Assembly (NCBI GenBank): GCA_964016885.1
Contig: OZ024741.1
Span: 135,036,001-135,100,000, forward strand
DNA from: Eledone cirrhosa
Taxonomy: Eukaryota
DNA: 64,000 nt
Direction of reading: 5' to 3'
The notes beneath the pieces were generated by a model, which was not told the DNA's origin, ran no database searches, and worked only from the letters and a program-made list of their open reading frames with translations. The position numbers were made by a program, and so were the translations under genes. Every line of letters begins with the position of its first letter. Position 1 is the first letter of the stretch. Shown piece by piece: positions 28,675 through 43,700 of the stretch.

Positions 28675-29689
28675 ATAATAATTATGAAGACCAAAATCCG
28701 CGGTGATTCTTTACTTAATATTTAATATGTACTAATATATATATATATTTATACAATTTGAAAAAAAAATCGTTTTTTCCGAAAATTAAAAAAAAACTTT
28801 TGTCAAAAATTTGAAAAATCTTTTTCAGAAATTTGAAAAAAAAGTTTATTCGAATATTAAAAAAGAAACAAATTAAATGCATAATTTATGACAGTCAATA
28901 TTGTGATCTGGAAAATACTGTAGTGACATAAGAAACAAGTCCTGCTCTAACAGTTGCTATGGCAATCGATAGTAACTCACATCTCTGATTTGGTATTGTG
29001 TCTGCAAGTATTGAGTTGTTTAGACTACATTGTAATGTAGAAAGAATCAGGTTTCTTTCTTGATGAGCAACATCTTCGTTGACAATAATAAATCATTGTT
29101 TCAGCATTTCGTTTTCTTTACCTTTTTAAAAGTACTGTCTTTAAACTACGAAAGCGCGTGACATAGTGGTTAGGGTCCTGCGTTCACTATTATAAGGTCA
29201 GGCATGATTCCCGGACTGAGCAATGTGTATTGTATCCTTGAACAAAGCACTTTATTTTTTGTTACCCCAATCCATTCAAAACGGTGAATTGACAGGAATA
29301 TTACAATGTCCATTGAATGTACCGTATTATCAGAGACATTACGACGTCGGTTAGTATGCTTTGCGGTATTCATTTCGGCTTTCTACGCCATGAGTATAAC
29401 CCTACCGAGGTCAACTTTACCTTTCATCCTTTCGTCGAAGTCGATAAATCTAATGTCTCTACATCTCGTCAATTCTTTATCTCTTTCTCACTGCTTTTCT
29501 CTCTAGAAGAAATCGGCTGGCTCATGCCTGGAGAATGATGAGTACCGTCAGGTTTAAACGCCAAAGACACCGTATATAACAACGACATCCCTAAGATTCC
29601 ACCAGGCGTAAGGGACCCATTGATTTTTGCCAGTGTATAAAGTATTTTCGTGAATGGTGTCGTAAAGTAATTTGATGTGAGACCGTATA

Positions 29690-29952
29690 TTGAAACTACA
29701 TCAATCACATCGTGGAAGAGTCATTTTGGTCACAGTTGGACTTGATCTGAGACTGCGCGTTGAAACTAGATCGATCACATTGCGGAAGAGTCATTTTAGC
29801 CACAGTTGTACTTATCGTATTTTTACTTGACCTGAGACTGTGCTGAAACTACATCAATTACATAGTGGAAGAGTCATTTTAGTTACAGTTGTAATATTCT
29901 GGCAAGTCACTTGATCTGCGACTGTTGAAACTATAGCAATTACATTGTGGAA
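29690..29952. repeat. Tandem repeat of ~70-85-bp units, ~3.3 copies
   Basis: tgaaactacatcaat.acat.gtggaagagtcatttt...cacagttg...gatctgagactg. Confidence 0.8.
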
Positions 29953-32175
29953 TTTTAACCTTAACCCCCCCCCCCCCCAACAAAAAAACAACAACAACAA
30001 CAACAACAAAAAAACTCTTTACATTAATCATTTATTTCTTGATATCAATATTTCTTGTGACACCGTTTGTTTTGGGGAACAGTCATTTGCGACGAAAATG
30101 TTGGCATCAAGAAATTGATGATGAATGTAATGTGAAGATAACAGTTATTGAGTGTTTGAATGGCTGAAAAATATTTTAGTTTATTGTGGAAGTTATTTAA
30201 ACAGTTTACAAAGGGTGTAGTTGGAAGGACAAGAAGTGTATCGTTTTATTGTTGCAACTGTACAAATTTCCATTTGAATGGTTTGGAAAATATTTCTGCT
30301 TAGTGGTGCATTGTTTGATTGAAGCAGCTGGAATGCCGTAACTAACAGGAGTTTATTAGATTTGAAGGAGCTAAGATGGCCACTTTATTCAAACTAATCT
30401 GATTCCAGGAAATGAAAAGTTGTTTCTTTTAATATTGAGACTTTAAATGTAACCTTTGTAATAATAGATAAGACGTCAATATTTTTCTTTTTCATTTGAA
30501 GCTCTGATCAGGGAAGCTCGTAATGAAGCTTTCACAGAAAGCACAGCATTAGTGAGAAAATATATCAATCTATATAAGTAGTTCTTGCTTACTTCAAATA
30601 TACATTCTTTGCTTTACGCATCTGTCTAATGATGTAGTTAGATGCTTTTTATGTCTTTTGCGTCAACGTCTCGTTTAATTCGTTCAATATTCTGAGATAA
30701 GTAAAATTACCACTCATTTCTCCATATATACTTTCACTTTTCTTTGTTCGTTATGTTATTCTAGTGAATCTGAAATTTTGATTATGGAGAGAATGTAAAC
30801 CCACCTGTATTTATGGATTAAATACATCGCCAAATTTCAGTTTTTCACCGTTTCATCGTTCATCGTTCAGCAAGTAATTTCGTTGAAATAAGGAAAAAGA
30901 AATCGATACGATATAAATGTTGAACAATGCTCACACTAATTTCCTCAACAGTCTTAAGAGAAATAATATTCAATTGTGATTTTTCCTGTTGTTTTTATCT
31001 ATTCTATTGGATATAGTCATATGTGTATATAAAATTACTGTTATTTGTAGTGAATCGTCTCAATCAGAATCTGATACGTTTTTAATATAATAACCGTACT
31101 TATTGATTTTGTAAATATAAGCTGGAGATTATAGGAAGGAATTCTTCAAGAAATTATAAGAACAGCGGCTCCAGTTAGTAGAAAGTAGTAAGTTTATAAC
31201 ATTAGGTTTATATGAAAAAACAACTGTTGACGTATATATATGTGTTTTTGTCAAATATTAGTGATCAGAGATGCTCATGTTCGAGAAAAATAATCAAAAC
31301 GCCCTTTACATTCAGAATCACCTATATTTTAAAGTATGACAACCATGTTTATAACATACAACTTATATAATATTTCAAACACATTTTTGCAATATATAAT
31401 AAGATTAATATTTTAAATTAATTGTTTCTACTTTAGGCACAAGGCCAGCAATTACCCTGTTCATTACTGGTACTTTATTTTATCGACCCCGTAAGGATGA
31501 AAGGCAAAGTCAACCTCGGCGGGATTTGAACTCAAATCGTAAAGGGACGTAACTATGCTGGAAAGCATGGCGTCCGACCCTCTACCGATACTGCCAATCA
31601 AGGCTGTAACAAGACTGCAGAAACGGGGTCATACCTGACTTAATAAAAGTATCTTGTAATGATTCAGTAGCAAATATCTGAAAACTGGTTTGTTGATTGA
31701 AATATAGTATTTTTACTAGTTGGACAGATTGTTATGAAATCTGCAGTATTAAATACTAATGCAGTCATAGTGCTATTTTGAAATTTTCAAGAATGTTTTG
31801 ATAATATGGTCTCATGTTGTTTAGATCAACCAATTATAATATCTTTAGTCAGGGACACAGTTGTTAGAATTTTCAGTAAACTAAAGATTTTAATATTTTA
31901 TGTGATTATATTATAGTGCTGTTTTGTATTTTTCAAGAATGCCTTGCTAATATAGTTTCATGTTGTACAGATTATTAAGTTTCGTTCAAATAACGCCGAA
32001 GTCAAGAGCAGCTCTAATTCCTCCAGGGTCATAGGATAAATATCACACACATAATAAACTCGTGTCATCCGACGCCCTAATGAAACTCCCAAATATGCTT
32101 AAAATATTCTTACAAATACTTCGGCACATTAAAATTGATTACTTTATTTTGGGGGTTTGATATATATATATATAT

Positions 32176-33312
32176 ATATGATAATAATGGAGCTGCGGCG
32201 CTGCAAATGGGTTACATATGAAAAAGTTTGTCCTCATCAGTGGCAATCCAACCGTCGTAGGCATTTCGTCGCATTAGAGGCCATATACCTCAGGTTGGTG
32301 CGAGCAACGGCTAAAAAAAAAGTCGTTGGGACACGTAAATAAGGGGGACGCTAGGGTGAACGAACAAAATGGTTTAAGCAGCAGAAAGTAATGAAGAAGG
32401 AAACAAGTCCCAGATTTCTATGAATATAAATTCGGTGAAATCGTGAACGAGAGAATAAAGACCATCAAACCTGGTTGAAATGTGAGCAAGGAAGGAATTT
32501 CGCACAGGTCTAACGGGAGGAAGAACGGGTCTGGTCTGCGAATTCGGTAAACATAAGTTTTGTGAAGTCGCAGACGAGAGAGAGAGAGAAAAAAAATTCA
32601 TACCGGCTTGGCAAAGTGCCCGCGAGAAAAAGGAATACGGACAGGTCAAACGGGAAAAAAGGGGAGGAGGAGAGGTAGTGACAGAGTGTGAGTGAGTGAA
32701 AGGTGAGGAAGAGGCTAACAGAGAGAGAGACTGCTAGAAGGGGTAAAGACACAAAGAACGAAACAGACTGGTGGCAGCAGAGGAAAAAATATATGTGTAA
32801 ATATGATAATAATGGAGCTGCGGCGCTGCAATTGGGTTACATATGAAAAAGTTTGTCCTCATCAGTGGCCATCCAACCGTCGTAGGCATTTCGTCGCATT
32901 AAAGGCCATATACCTCAGGTTGGTGCGAGCAACGGCTAAAAAAAAGTCGTTGGGACACGTAAATAAGGGGGACGCTAGGGTGAACGAACAAAATGGTTTA
33001 AGCAGCAGAAAGTAATGAAGAAGGAAACAAGTCCCAGATTTCTATGAATATAAATTCGGTGAAATCGTGAACGAGAGAATAAAGACCATCAAACCTGGTT
33101 GAAATGTGAGCAAGGAAGGAATTTCGCACAGGTCTAACGGGAGGAAGAAGGGGTCTGGTCTGCGAATTTGGTAAACATAAGTTTTGTGAAGTCGCAGACG
33201 AGAGAGAGAGAGAAAAAAATTAATACTGGCTTGGTCAAGTGCCCGCGAGAAAAAGGAATACGGACAGGTCAAACGGGAAGAAAGGGGAGGAGGAGAAGTA
33301 GTGACAGAGAGT
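32176..33312 (-). mobile_element. Head-to-tail 1.8-mer of a 625-bp non-coding unit inside (TA)n
   Basis: Copies start at 32176 and 32801 and are nearly identical; diverged homolog at 57263-57852. Confidence 0.85.
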
Positions 33313-36300
33313 ATATATATATATATAATACTAGCAGAGTAACGAAAAGCAAAGTTGATCTTGAAACTGAGCCGTTTCATATTAACCCACCCGAGATTGC
33401 CATTTTGTTTTATGACACAAACTCAATTTTTGTTGATATTTACATTAAAACCATCCAGCATTAAATTTATGGAAGAAACTTTTTGTTAAGTTTCAAACGC
33501 CATCATAATGACAAAGTTTATTAAATTCCGGATTAGTTTCAAAATTACTGCGCATTTCATTAGAATTATGGTAAGGTATTTTAACAGGCGCTACTTTACT
33601 GAATGTGCAGTGTAAACAATTAGCTTCTGAATTGACATATTCAATGTTATTCGATAACGTAGTTTGTTTAAAAGAATTGGATGACAATCTTGACCGTTTT
33701 AGACGACTTTATTCAAAATAAGTTTGGCTCTTTTTATCTAAGGTGATCAATTTTAGAAGAAAAGATTTTAACTCCTAATAAAACAGATTTCTGTTCCAAA
33801 CGACATTGAATTAACACAATACATATCAGATCATCATTATCTAGATTTCAGCTAAAATCTTTTCACAGCCGTCATGTCATATGGTAATTGGAGATGAAAT
33901 TAAGGTTGTGAAGAATTGATTGAGTGATCCTATCATTGTTATATCCTCCGTCGGTGTAGATAAAATCTGTAGCTCAGATTAACGAAAGACACGAAAAGCA
34001 GTACTACTTTTTCTATGTGTGTGTTCTTATTATTTGAAATTTGATAACTGTAGATGGCTATATGGTGAACGTAATGTCGGATATTGAAACAAAATTACCT
34101 GTCTATCAATATTATATAGTTTCTTTGTGAATACATATACCTTAGGCTGCTAATTTGAACAGTTCAGTTAAACCGATTTGCAAAATATTTGCGACTAGAA
34201 CAATCCTTTTTCTAGTGGCAGCAGTTCTAGCTTTGAATATAAAATAATTAAAGTGATTGTTGAAACTGCTTAACCCTATATTAATTTTGATCGACCAGAA
34301 CAAGTAGTTGGCTAGACATGTGGATGCGTGCCATAGAGAAACCATATTGTGGAAGCCTTTAGTCATAAACTTTACCTATAGGGATTTATCGTATGGACAG
34401 TCGTTTGGAAGTTTGAGAGGGCTGCTTTTCTCTATTTTTTCTCTCGGTATTCAGACTGTTTTCGTATACAAGAAGGTCTGATAGGTGGCTAGAGTAGTTT
34501 CTAATTTAAATAAAGGGCCAGTAATTTTTCAGGGAGGAGAAGTCCATTAATTTGACCTCAGTATTTGACTGGTACTATATTTTATCGACCTCGAGATAAT
34601 GAAAGGCGACGTTGGCTTCGGTCGTATTTGAACTATTAACGTAAAAATCTATAACTGAATACTGTAACACGTTTTATCGACGCTCTAACCACGCTGGGCC
34701 ACAGTAAATGCATGCGATAAGAACTTAAGTGGAGAGAATCAGTCCTTCTACATTTCTCATTAATGATATGCATTGCAGTACAGTGTTTGGAGGTCTGAGG
34801 CTCCTGATTTCATCAACATTATATTGTATGTATAGCATAAGGTAAATTGTCTGAGTGGTTAGAGCGTCAGATTAAATGCTTCGGTATATGTTTTATTGTG
34901 CAGTGCTCTAACTTCAAATCCTGCCAATGTCAACTTTGCCTTTCATCCTTTCGCTACCTGTTCCGGCTTGCACGTTCTAAGTTCAGATCCCGCCTCCTGT
35001 CACCGGAAAAGTGTGACGTTTTTACAATGAGTTGTAACTGACAGATAGCATCAGCAATGGAAAGACCAATGAACACATTATTTCTTGGTTCGATCTAAAG
35101 ATCGTCTCCTTTCATTTTTCTTTTGTATGTATGCATTTTAAATGTGTGATGTACTACCGTCACGTCCCGAAGGGAGTCTTTATACTTTGTCAACTAATAC
35201 GAAGGAAACCGGGACAAGTCCCTGGGTCTGATGAGCATCAGGGTCCGGTACCAACTAACTTTTAACTAATAGTTAATCAACCTGAGATATGGATATTGTG
35301 GGTGTGAGTGCATGATTTTTAATATTTATTTGTTGATGGCAGGTGCATACGTTGTAATTTGTACCACTAAATATTTGGGATTGATTTTGGAAAAGTGATA
35401 TATTTGATGTGAGAATGTGTGGTCATATTTCATGTGGAAGTGGTGTCACCAGAGCCGACGTCTAGATATTTAGTTACCGACGATCCAACCATGCAGTATA
35501 TTGTACTGGGATGCATGCTAGCAGAAGCGCCCGAGAGCAAGCTGACAGTCGGCATTGATAGATAAAGTAATGACTTGAATTTCTAATTTGATGCAGTCAT
35601 TAGTGCTGTTTTGTATTTTTCGACATCTTTTTAATGCGGTTCGGGGGGTACAGGATGTCGATTTAAATGCTGTTAAGCACTATGACATATGTCTCGACGA
35701 TCTTCATGTAGAAAATAAACACTAAAGATTAAGATAATATCTGCAAATTTAAAATTAGCCTATTATGGTGAAGATGGCTAAATTTAGCGAATATAAATAT
35801 AGCATTTAAAGTTTTACGGCCTAAGTATTGAACAGATTTAAGTGTATCACATTAGCGTAGATTGGTTTAAATGTGTGCAGCTGAGTAATCTCTCAGTCAC
35901 AGACGATGATTGATTGCGTGGCGTTATTGTTAGATGGTGATATTGTTCAAATTTGTAAAGAGCATTAATAAGTTGGATCTGCTATTAAAAGATATATCTA
36001 TATGTGAACAGCTGTAAAAACAGACATAGCCGTAGACAAAAGAAGTTAGCCAGTTCTCTTTAATTTAAAAATTTCTGTTGATGTTTGCAATTGATTAATT
36101 CTCCCAAAATATCAGTTTAATTGGCTTTTTAATTATTATAAATAAATTGAATTTGGATAAAGAAAAAAGAAAATAATTAAAAATAAATAATTTTCTTCCC
36201 GTTTAGGAATAGCAATTTTCTTTAGTAATATCTAAGTGTAAAATGTGCACATCTATCGACTAGTTGAAAATGAATCACGAATTCAACTTATATTGCTTTT

Positions 36301-38815
36301 CTTTCAAATGTATTATCTCTGGTTTATGCGTTTCACTGTTTATCCTGTATTGCTACTATTTTAGGCTACCTGGGATGAGAAATAAAAATAAAATAATTTT
36401 TTAAGAATTTTTTTTTACACCTTTTCAAAACATTTTAATATCTTTGATTAGATGTTATATTAAATTATGTTCATAGAAAAAAAGAAGCATTTTCGCTGTA
36501 GAAACCGTATAAAGAGTTTCGTGATAATAGCGTTGCCCTATATTCTATATTCGATTAAAGTTCATCAAAGACAGACTGATATAGTTTTCAATATCGAGAT
36601 ACAATGAAATAAATCGCAAATGAAAATATGTCACGACTGATATACTTCTGTTTACTTCGTTTAGTTCTTAATGATAGGGATGCATGCAGGGACGGCACTA
36701 TCATTACACCAACTAGGCAGTCACCAAGGGTGCATATATCAGAGAGACGTATTAAAGGATTACAGCTTTATACAAATTTGTATAATTAAATATATTTCTT
36801 GCGATCAATAAATAAATTGTTTGCCACGTAGCAGTCGTCTTGAGATATTCGAAGTGATGGAGAGGGTCGTATAGTGTTATGACCTACCAAATGAGTTGGC
36901 GTGGGTGAGTGAGGATTGTGTAGAAGAAAATGCAGGTTTTAGTAATTTTCTTAGTGTTGTCAGTGTGGGAGAATGGGGCGCATAACTGAGAAAAAGGGAC
37001 GCCCACGGAATACACTAACTACTCTGGATGGATGCGTAATTTGTATCTACAACCTTTCTTTTCATACCTGCTTCGAGGTCTCTAACATACCCGTGCTGCT
37101 GTCATGTTAGAGAAATTAAAAGCAATAATTGGTTTTTAATTATGTATTAGTGGTTTCTAATTTAGGATCAAGGCCAGGTTTTTATGTGTGTGTGAGCGGG
37201 GGGGGGGATTCGAATACATCAACTGCAATACTTTACTTAACTGTTTATTTTATCAACTCCGAAAGGCTGAAAAACAAAAACAAAGTTAACCTCGATGGTA
37301 TTTGAACATAGAACGTAAAGACTAGTAACAACATATTGGTCTGACATTTTGTATGGCACTAACGACTTCTGCTGACCTTATTTGTCATGTAATAATATTG
37401 ATTTCTAATTTAGGACCAAGGCCTGCAAATAGGGTGAATGGCAAAGTTTATTAAATCAACCCCTTTACTTTAGTGGTACTTTATTTTATCAACCACAGAA
37501 GAATGGAAGGTAAAGTTGTCCTAGGTGGGATTTGAAACCAGTACATAGATGGTTGTAACGAAATAGTGAAATAAATTTAATCCAACACACTAAAGATCTT
37601 GACAATCTAACACCCTTGTATTATAATAATATTGGAAACTAGAAACAAAATCATTGTGAACTAGTAGAGCTGGGAGATCAGAGAGCCGTTCCAGGTAGAG
37701 CTGCTAGTTATCTGAATCGTGAGACAACAGCTCCGATACTACGGACATGGGGTTAGAATGTCACAGGAAAGAATCAGACAGATTTTAGGGGCAAACCCAA
37801 CCGGCACGTGACTCGGGGGTAGATCCCCAAGCAAGATAAATTGGAGACGGTTGCTTCTGAAAGGAGTGTTTGAGAACTCTACCTCCACAACCCTCTCAGG
37901 TATAAATGGTCGAAGAAGAAAAAGAAAAAGAAAAAGAAACGTCGGGTAAAATTTACCTCAAAGGACAGAAATCAGCAGCTGGAAGTGTGTTGGCTCGCAG
38001 AAGTGATAGGAAGAAAGGATAAAAGGAACGAAATGGACGAGAGAAGATCACACAAAATGTATATATATGTGTATGTGTGCATGTGCGTGTGTGTATGTAT
38101 GTGTGTGTATGTATGAGTGTATGTGTGTGGATGTGTGTATGTGTGTGTATGTGTGTGTGTGTGTATGTGTGTGTGTATGTGTGTGTATGTATGTATGTGT
38201 GTGTTTATGTGTGTGTATGTATGTGTGTGTATGTATGTGTGTGTATGTATGTATGTGTGTGTATGTGTGTGTGTGTGTGAGCGTGTTAATGATTATAGGA
38301 TTGTTCGAACAAAGCAGCTTTCTTAGGAAAGACGTGTTTCGTAATGTGTTAATGCGAATTGTTTCTTTGTATATAGGCTAAATACGGAATGGTTACTGCT
38401 GGAATGTCTTTGATCATACGCCCGCTCAATTAAAGTTTACCTGTGGTTATAGCAATAACAAGAACAACATAATACATTTTCATAAAATAGTATAATTGTT
38501 GTTTTAGTAATTATCATAAGAGAAGTAATTCAGATAATTAAAATAGATCCTTGTGTGTATCTTCCACCTAGCCTTTTGTTGCATTAATAAGTTTCATTCT
38601 GTTATCAACAAAACAAAGCATAAGAAATTTTGAACAGTGAATAGCTTCCATGTTTAAATGAATTTTACAGATTATATTTTAAATGTTTTTACTTTACAGG
38701 ATTAAATAATAATAATAATAATAGTAATAATAGTAGTAATAGTAATAGTAATGATTGTAATGTTAATAGATGTCAGTACAGATTTTATAATTCTCAAATG
38801 CCTTTTGTTGACAAA

Positions 38816-38816
<1 letters not shown>

Positions 38817-38879
<63 letters not shown>

Positions 38880-38921
38880 ACTACTACTACTACTACTACT
38901 GCCGCCGCCGCTGCCACCATA

Positions 38922-39015
<94 letters not shown>
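38817..39015. repeat. Compound (TAC)n/(TGC)n/(GCC)n trinucleotide repeat
   Basis: Direct reading. Confidence 0.95.
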
Positions 39016-41358
39016 GAATTAAAATATAAAGAAATAATAATGATTATTAGAAATTTGTTTTTTTATCTGTTCAATATCTTGCATTGTTTAGATGAAAAGC
39101 AGGTTGTCAGTGCCAGTATTCTATTGGATTTCCGTTGGTTTCGACGATGAGTATTCTGGTTGTTCAAAAAATTAAGGTACAGTTGGCTGAGCATTCGAGA
39201 CACGTGTAACTTTAATGTAATTCTTAGGAAAGTTCAACGTGACACAGTGTGTGACACGGGTGACGATTTAAATGACAAGTGCAATTAAGTTTTTTCCAAT
39301 TAAGTAGATTTGAACAAGATGAAATAAAATGTCTTGATCAAGGATACAACGTGGCAGCGGGAAACGGAATTTCGACCTTACGATCGAGAGCTGTAGAAGA
39401 TAACCAGTAAGTCAGCCACCTTTACCGTATACATAGCGCCTACAACGGAACAGCCCGTTCATGAAATTAATTTGTGACTCAGTACGGCACAGACATGTGT
39501 TTCTATAACTATGAAACTCAGCATGATACCATGTGTAAAAAAAGTTGACTCTTTAAATTACAGGTACAATTCATTTTTACCAGCTGAATGGACTGGAGGA
39601 ACTGTAACAAAAGTGTCTTGCTCAAGGACAAAACGCGTTACATAAATCGAAAATATAATCTAACGATCATGATCCAAACACCCTAACCTTTAAGCTACGC
39701 GCCTCACAACGCTCTAACAATGTATAGCAACCGGAGTACTAGATTCATAGAATTGTTGGTATTGTAATTCATAATCACTATGCTTACATAGTTAGAAATG
39801 AAGTATCTGAAACAATAGTGATTTTTCAATAATATATCCAATGACATAAGCGACAAAATGACATGTTCAGACTCGTTAGGTACAAATAATGCATATAAAC
39901 TTATCTTAATGCATGGTACAATCAACTGGAAATGTTTTCCCTACATCTAATCCAATATTTACTGAATTAGGTGAACACCTAATCCAAACTACCGCCTACA
40001 CGCGACAACGAGGGAACCGTTTCGTTTGTAGTTACATAAATAGCCAGAAATACCTGAGCTGACAAACTTCTTACCGGCTTATATAATTGTTTCTACTTTA
40101 GGCACAAGGCCAGCAATTACCCAGTGCATTACTGGTACTTTATTTTATCGACTCCGTAAGGATGAAAGGCAAAGTAAACCTCGGCGGGATTTGAACTCAG
40201 AATACCGGCTTATATAATGGTTTCTGATTTAGGCACAAGGTCAACAATTTTGAGGGAGGAGAAAGTCAATTTAATCGACTCCAGTGCATTGCTGGTACAT
40301 TATTTTATCGATCCTGTAAGGATGAAAGGGAAAGCTAATCTCGGCGGAATTTGAACTCAGAACATAACGGGCCGTAACTCTATACCGCAAAACATGTCTG
40401 ACGCTCTACCGATACGGTAAACCCACCGCCATACTGTCTTGTATATTAACAAGAAACATTAGATAAAGTTATATTACATGACGATGAATCCTCCGTCGGT
40501 ATCGACAGTGATCGTGCAGTTGTTCAATCATCGGAATAGCCTGCTTATGAAATGAAATTAACACGAAGGTTGCTGATAATTCCACATATACGTGTACCTT
40601 GAAAATAATTCTCAGGGAGAATCAGTGAGACAAAGAGTATAACGCGGCTAGCTCTTCGAATTACAGGGTCAATACATTTGACGGGCTTCCACACAGTTTC
40701 CATCTACCCAATTTCAGTTACAAGGCTTCTGTAGATATGTGACTGATAAAGACAATTGCCTAACATAACATGCAGTGCAATCGAACCCAAGACCTCTCAG
40801 TTATGTCAGCATACTGTCTTTACATGCCTTTAAAAATACTGGAGAGTATTGACCGGAATGTCTTTGACCATAGGTTTGCTTGAGCAGAGATAACCATAGA
40901 CTAAATAACTTGGCTATCATTTGTAGCTTCTGTTAAGACACGAAGCTGCCATAGCGTATATTTAATGTATCTCAGTTGTTCAGCTTACACAATATTTGAT
41001 TCCATCAACACAAGATGATATCTGCAGCTCTCTCCTCAAGTTACAATCCCACCATACTCCACGTAGATATTTCAAGTGGATATCATCAGTAAAGACTTTC
41101 AGTTTCTTTATTTAAATATCTCTGTTCCTCTTTTATATGAATTCATTTAATCTAACAAGGAATCTCCGATCCAAGAGATATTTATGTGTGTATAGGACTT
41201 CTCTTGATTCTGACGATGACAGTTTCAGTTATTTGATAAAACCGCACAGACTGAATCTTTTTAGATTGTAGAAGGATATGACTAAATAATAAGATTATGT
41301 CATAATGAATTTATATTATAATGTATAGAAACATTCAACAATTATTAAAGATGAATAT

Positions 41359-41970
41359 GATACGTGCATATATATATGTGTGCATGTGTGTATATATATA
41401 CATACTACTGTACGTCTGTATACATATATGTATGTACGTATACATACATACATACTTACATTTAAGTAAGTGCCGTACTAAGAGTGAGAAATGAAATTTC
41501 GTTTCATTCTATTCCATTTATCGTTTTCGGTGTGCTCGGCCGACTGAACTCACTCGATATGCAAATTAGGCTGCTCAGCCGTTAATATGCATAAGGATAG
41601 TATATACTCTCAGACGTTCAACCATCTGGCAGAAAGGTATACGATGCTGACGATAGCTAATAAGCTTGAAACTAGTACATCGTTCCTGTGTCAGTGTTGA
41701 ACAAAAAGGTGACGTGGTTGCCTAAACACTGTTCGGCGTAATTCGGGCTGTTTGTTTGTTTACAAACAAACAAACCGAGCATTATAATAAATGTTCGGTA
41801 AACCGATACGTGCATATATATATGTGTGCATGTGTGTATATATATATACATACTACTGTACGTCTGTATACATATATGTATGTACGTATACATACATACA
41901 TACTTACATTTTAGTAAGTTCCGTACTAAGAGTGAGAAATGAAATTTCGTTTCATTCTATTCCATTTATA
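41359..41970 (+). mobile_element. Terminally redundant HHR element (unit ~446 bp, ~165-bp direct repeats)
   Basis: Direct repeats 41359-41521 and 41805-41969 flank the HHR at 41641-41683; partial minus-strand copy at ~49125-49310. Confidence 0.85.
41641..41683 (+). ncRNA. Minimal type I hammerhead ribozyme
   Basis: acgatg-CTGACGA-t agct aata agct t-GAAA-ctag-TA-catcgt; perfect 6-bp stem I, palindromic stem III. Confidence 0.88.
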
Positions 41971-42662
41971 TATATATTGTTGTAATAATATTGCCAGAAA
42001 TAATAACAGAACACACTCACTGTTTAGTTGGTTTTAGCTTCTGTATCTTTTATATCTCGATAGTTAATTTATTTGGCCATCAACGTTTATCATTGATTGA
42101 CCAACGGATAAAAATACAGATATAAATATATATATATATAGTCTATCAAAGTTTTTTCGTTGCACATCTGCAACATCATCAGTGGTACTATTATCAAGTT
42201 CCCTCTTATTGTAATGTTTACACCATTTTTATTTTATTTATTTATTTATTTCTTTATTTGTCTTCGTCTCTGCGCTTGCGTTTGCGTGTGTGTATTATGT
42301 TTGGTGTGTGTGTGTTGGCGTTTGAGTGTATATGTTTTGATTTTTGTATTCTATCTTTGTTTACTAGTGTGCGTTTATATGTGTTTCTTGTTATTGTACT
42401 TGTATATTGGGGGAGTAAAGTCGAGTAAATCAACCCCATTGCGCTACTGGAACACTTTATTTTATCGAGCACATAAGGATGAAAGGCGAAGGTAACCTCG
42501 GTAGGATTTAAATAATAATACAAGCATGGAAAGAATACTTATATTTTACACCTAGTATATATTTAAACAGGTATGTATCTCATCGAAAGATTAAAGAATC
42601 AGTGTCAAGGAAAGATCCGTAAATGCGAGTACAGGGAGCAGAACATATTGTTATTATAGCGA

Positions 42663-42732
<70 letters not shown>

Positions 42733-43069
42733 CCATGCACACGCACACGCACACACATAATATAATCGGGTGGGATTAAAAGAAAATGTTCGGTCTTGCC
42801 GCCACTACTGCTACTACCTCCCCCTATCTCTCTTACACACACACATACATTCTTACCATCCCTCCTCTAGTATGGCAGGCATCTTACTAGAGTTATACAG
42901 CGGGTTTAATATAATACAAATAAAAAATTATTAACAATATGAATAGTTTATTTCAAATATTGATTATTGAAATGATGACGTTAAATTTCATTTCCGAACG
43001 TATGAATATTTTTTTGTTTCTTACATTGTTTTAACAGAGAAGTTAATATTCACTGAAATATTCTTCTAC

Positions 43070-43700
43070 AGAAAGTTTGCTCAGTGCTTCTACATGTAAG
43101 TGGAGATACACTGATACAGCTAGAGAATTTCAATTATCTTGGGGCCGTTTCTCGAATGATGGGGAGTAGGGGCTGTATTAAATGCAAGAATTGCTGGAGA
43201 TGTTGCAATAATGCGCCAGCACTAGAAAATCAGAAGAAGAGAGGTAGGTGCAAAAGCCACACGAGCTAACTTTAATTCGATGTACATGCTTTCCATTACC
43301 TGTAGATATGGAGCTTGGGTAATTACTGAAAGAATACGGTCGCTAATACCAGAGGCCAAAATAGGGTTTCCCCGAAGCGTCTTTGGAGTAAAGTTACTTC
43401 ATATATTGCGTAGCCCTGAGGTCAGATAGTCGATCCAGGTAGAGCTGCTACTTCTCTGCGTCGAGAGATCACAGCTCCGATACTACGGATATGTGGTTAG
43501 ACAGATTTTACGGGCAAAGCCAACTGGCAGACGACCCAGAGGGAGATCACGAGTAAGATGGTGGGATTAAATCCACAAGCTCAGTTCTTGCTTAGGGATC
43601 CAGCCCGATCATTTGGAGACTGTTGCTTCTGGTAGGCCTCTGAAAGGCGTGACTGAATACTCTGCCCTTCCCATGACCCTCTCAGGAGTAAAGTGCGTCA
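43070..43700 (+). mobile_element. RTE LINE 3' fragment (related pieces at ~10300-10585, 17595-17845 minus, 37670-37905)
   Basis: Matches the reverse complement of 4190-4560 (FNYLG motif, RPRGR-like tail). Confidence 0.72.

Noticed and set aside
34142-34366. 74-aa minus ORF with splice-like ends (similar cases at 33493-33687 and 43867-44076)
   Set aside because: No recognisable domain, and stop codons fall just before the putative donors
35225-35250. CTGATGAG as a possible HHR core
   Set aside because: It pairs with the adjacent catcag, and no GAAA or stem arrangement follows
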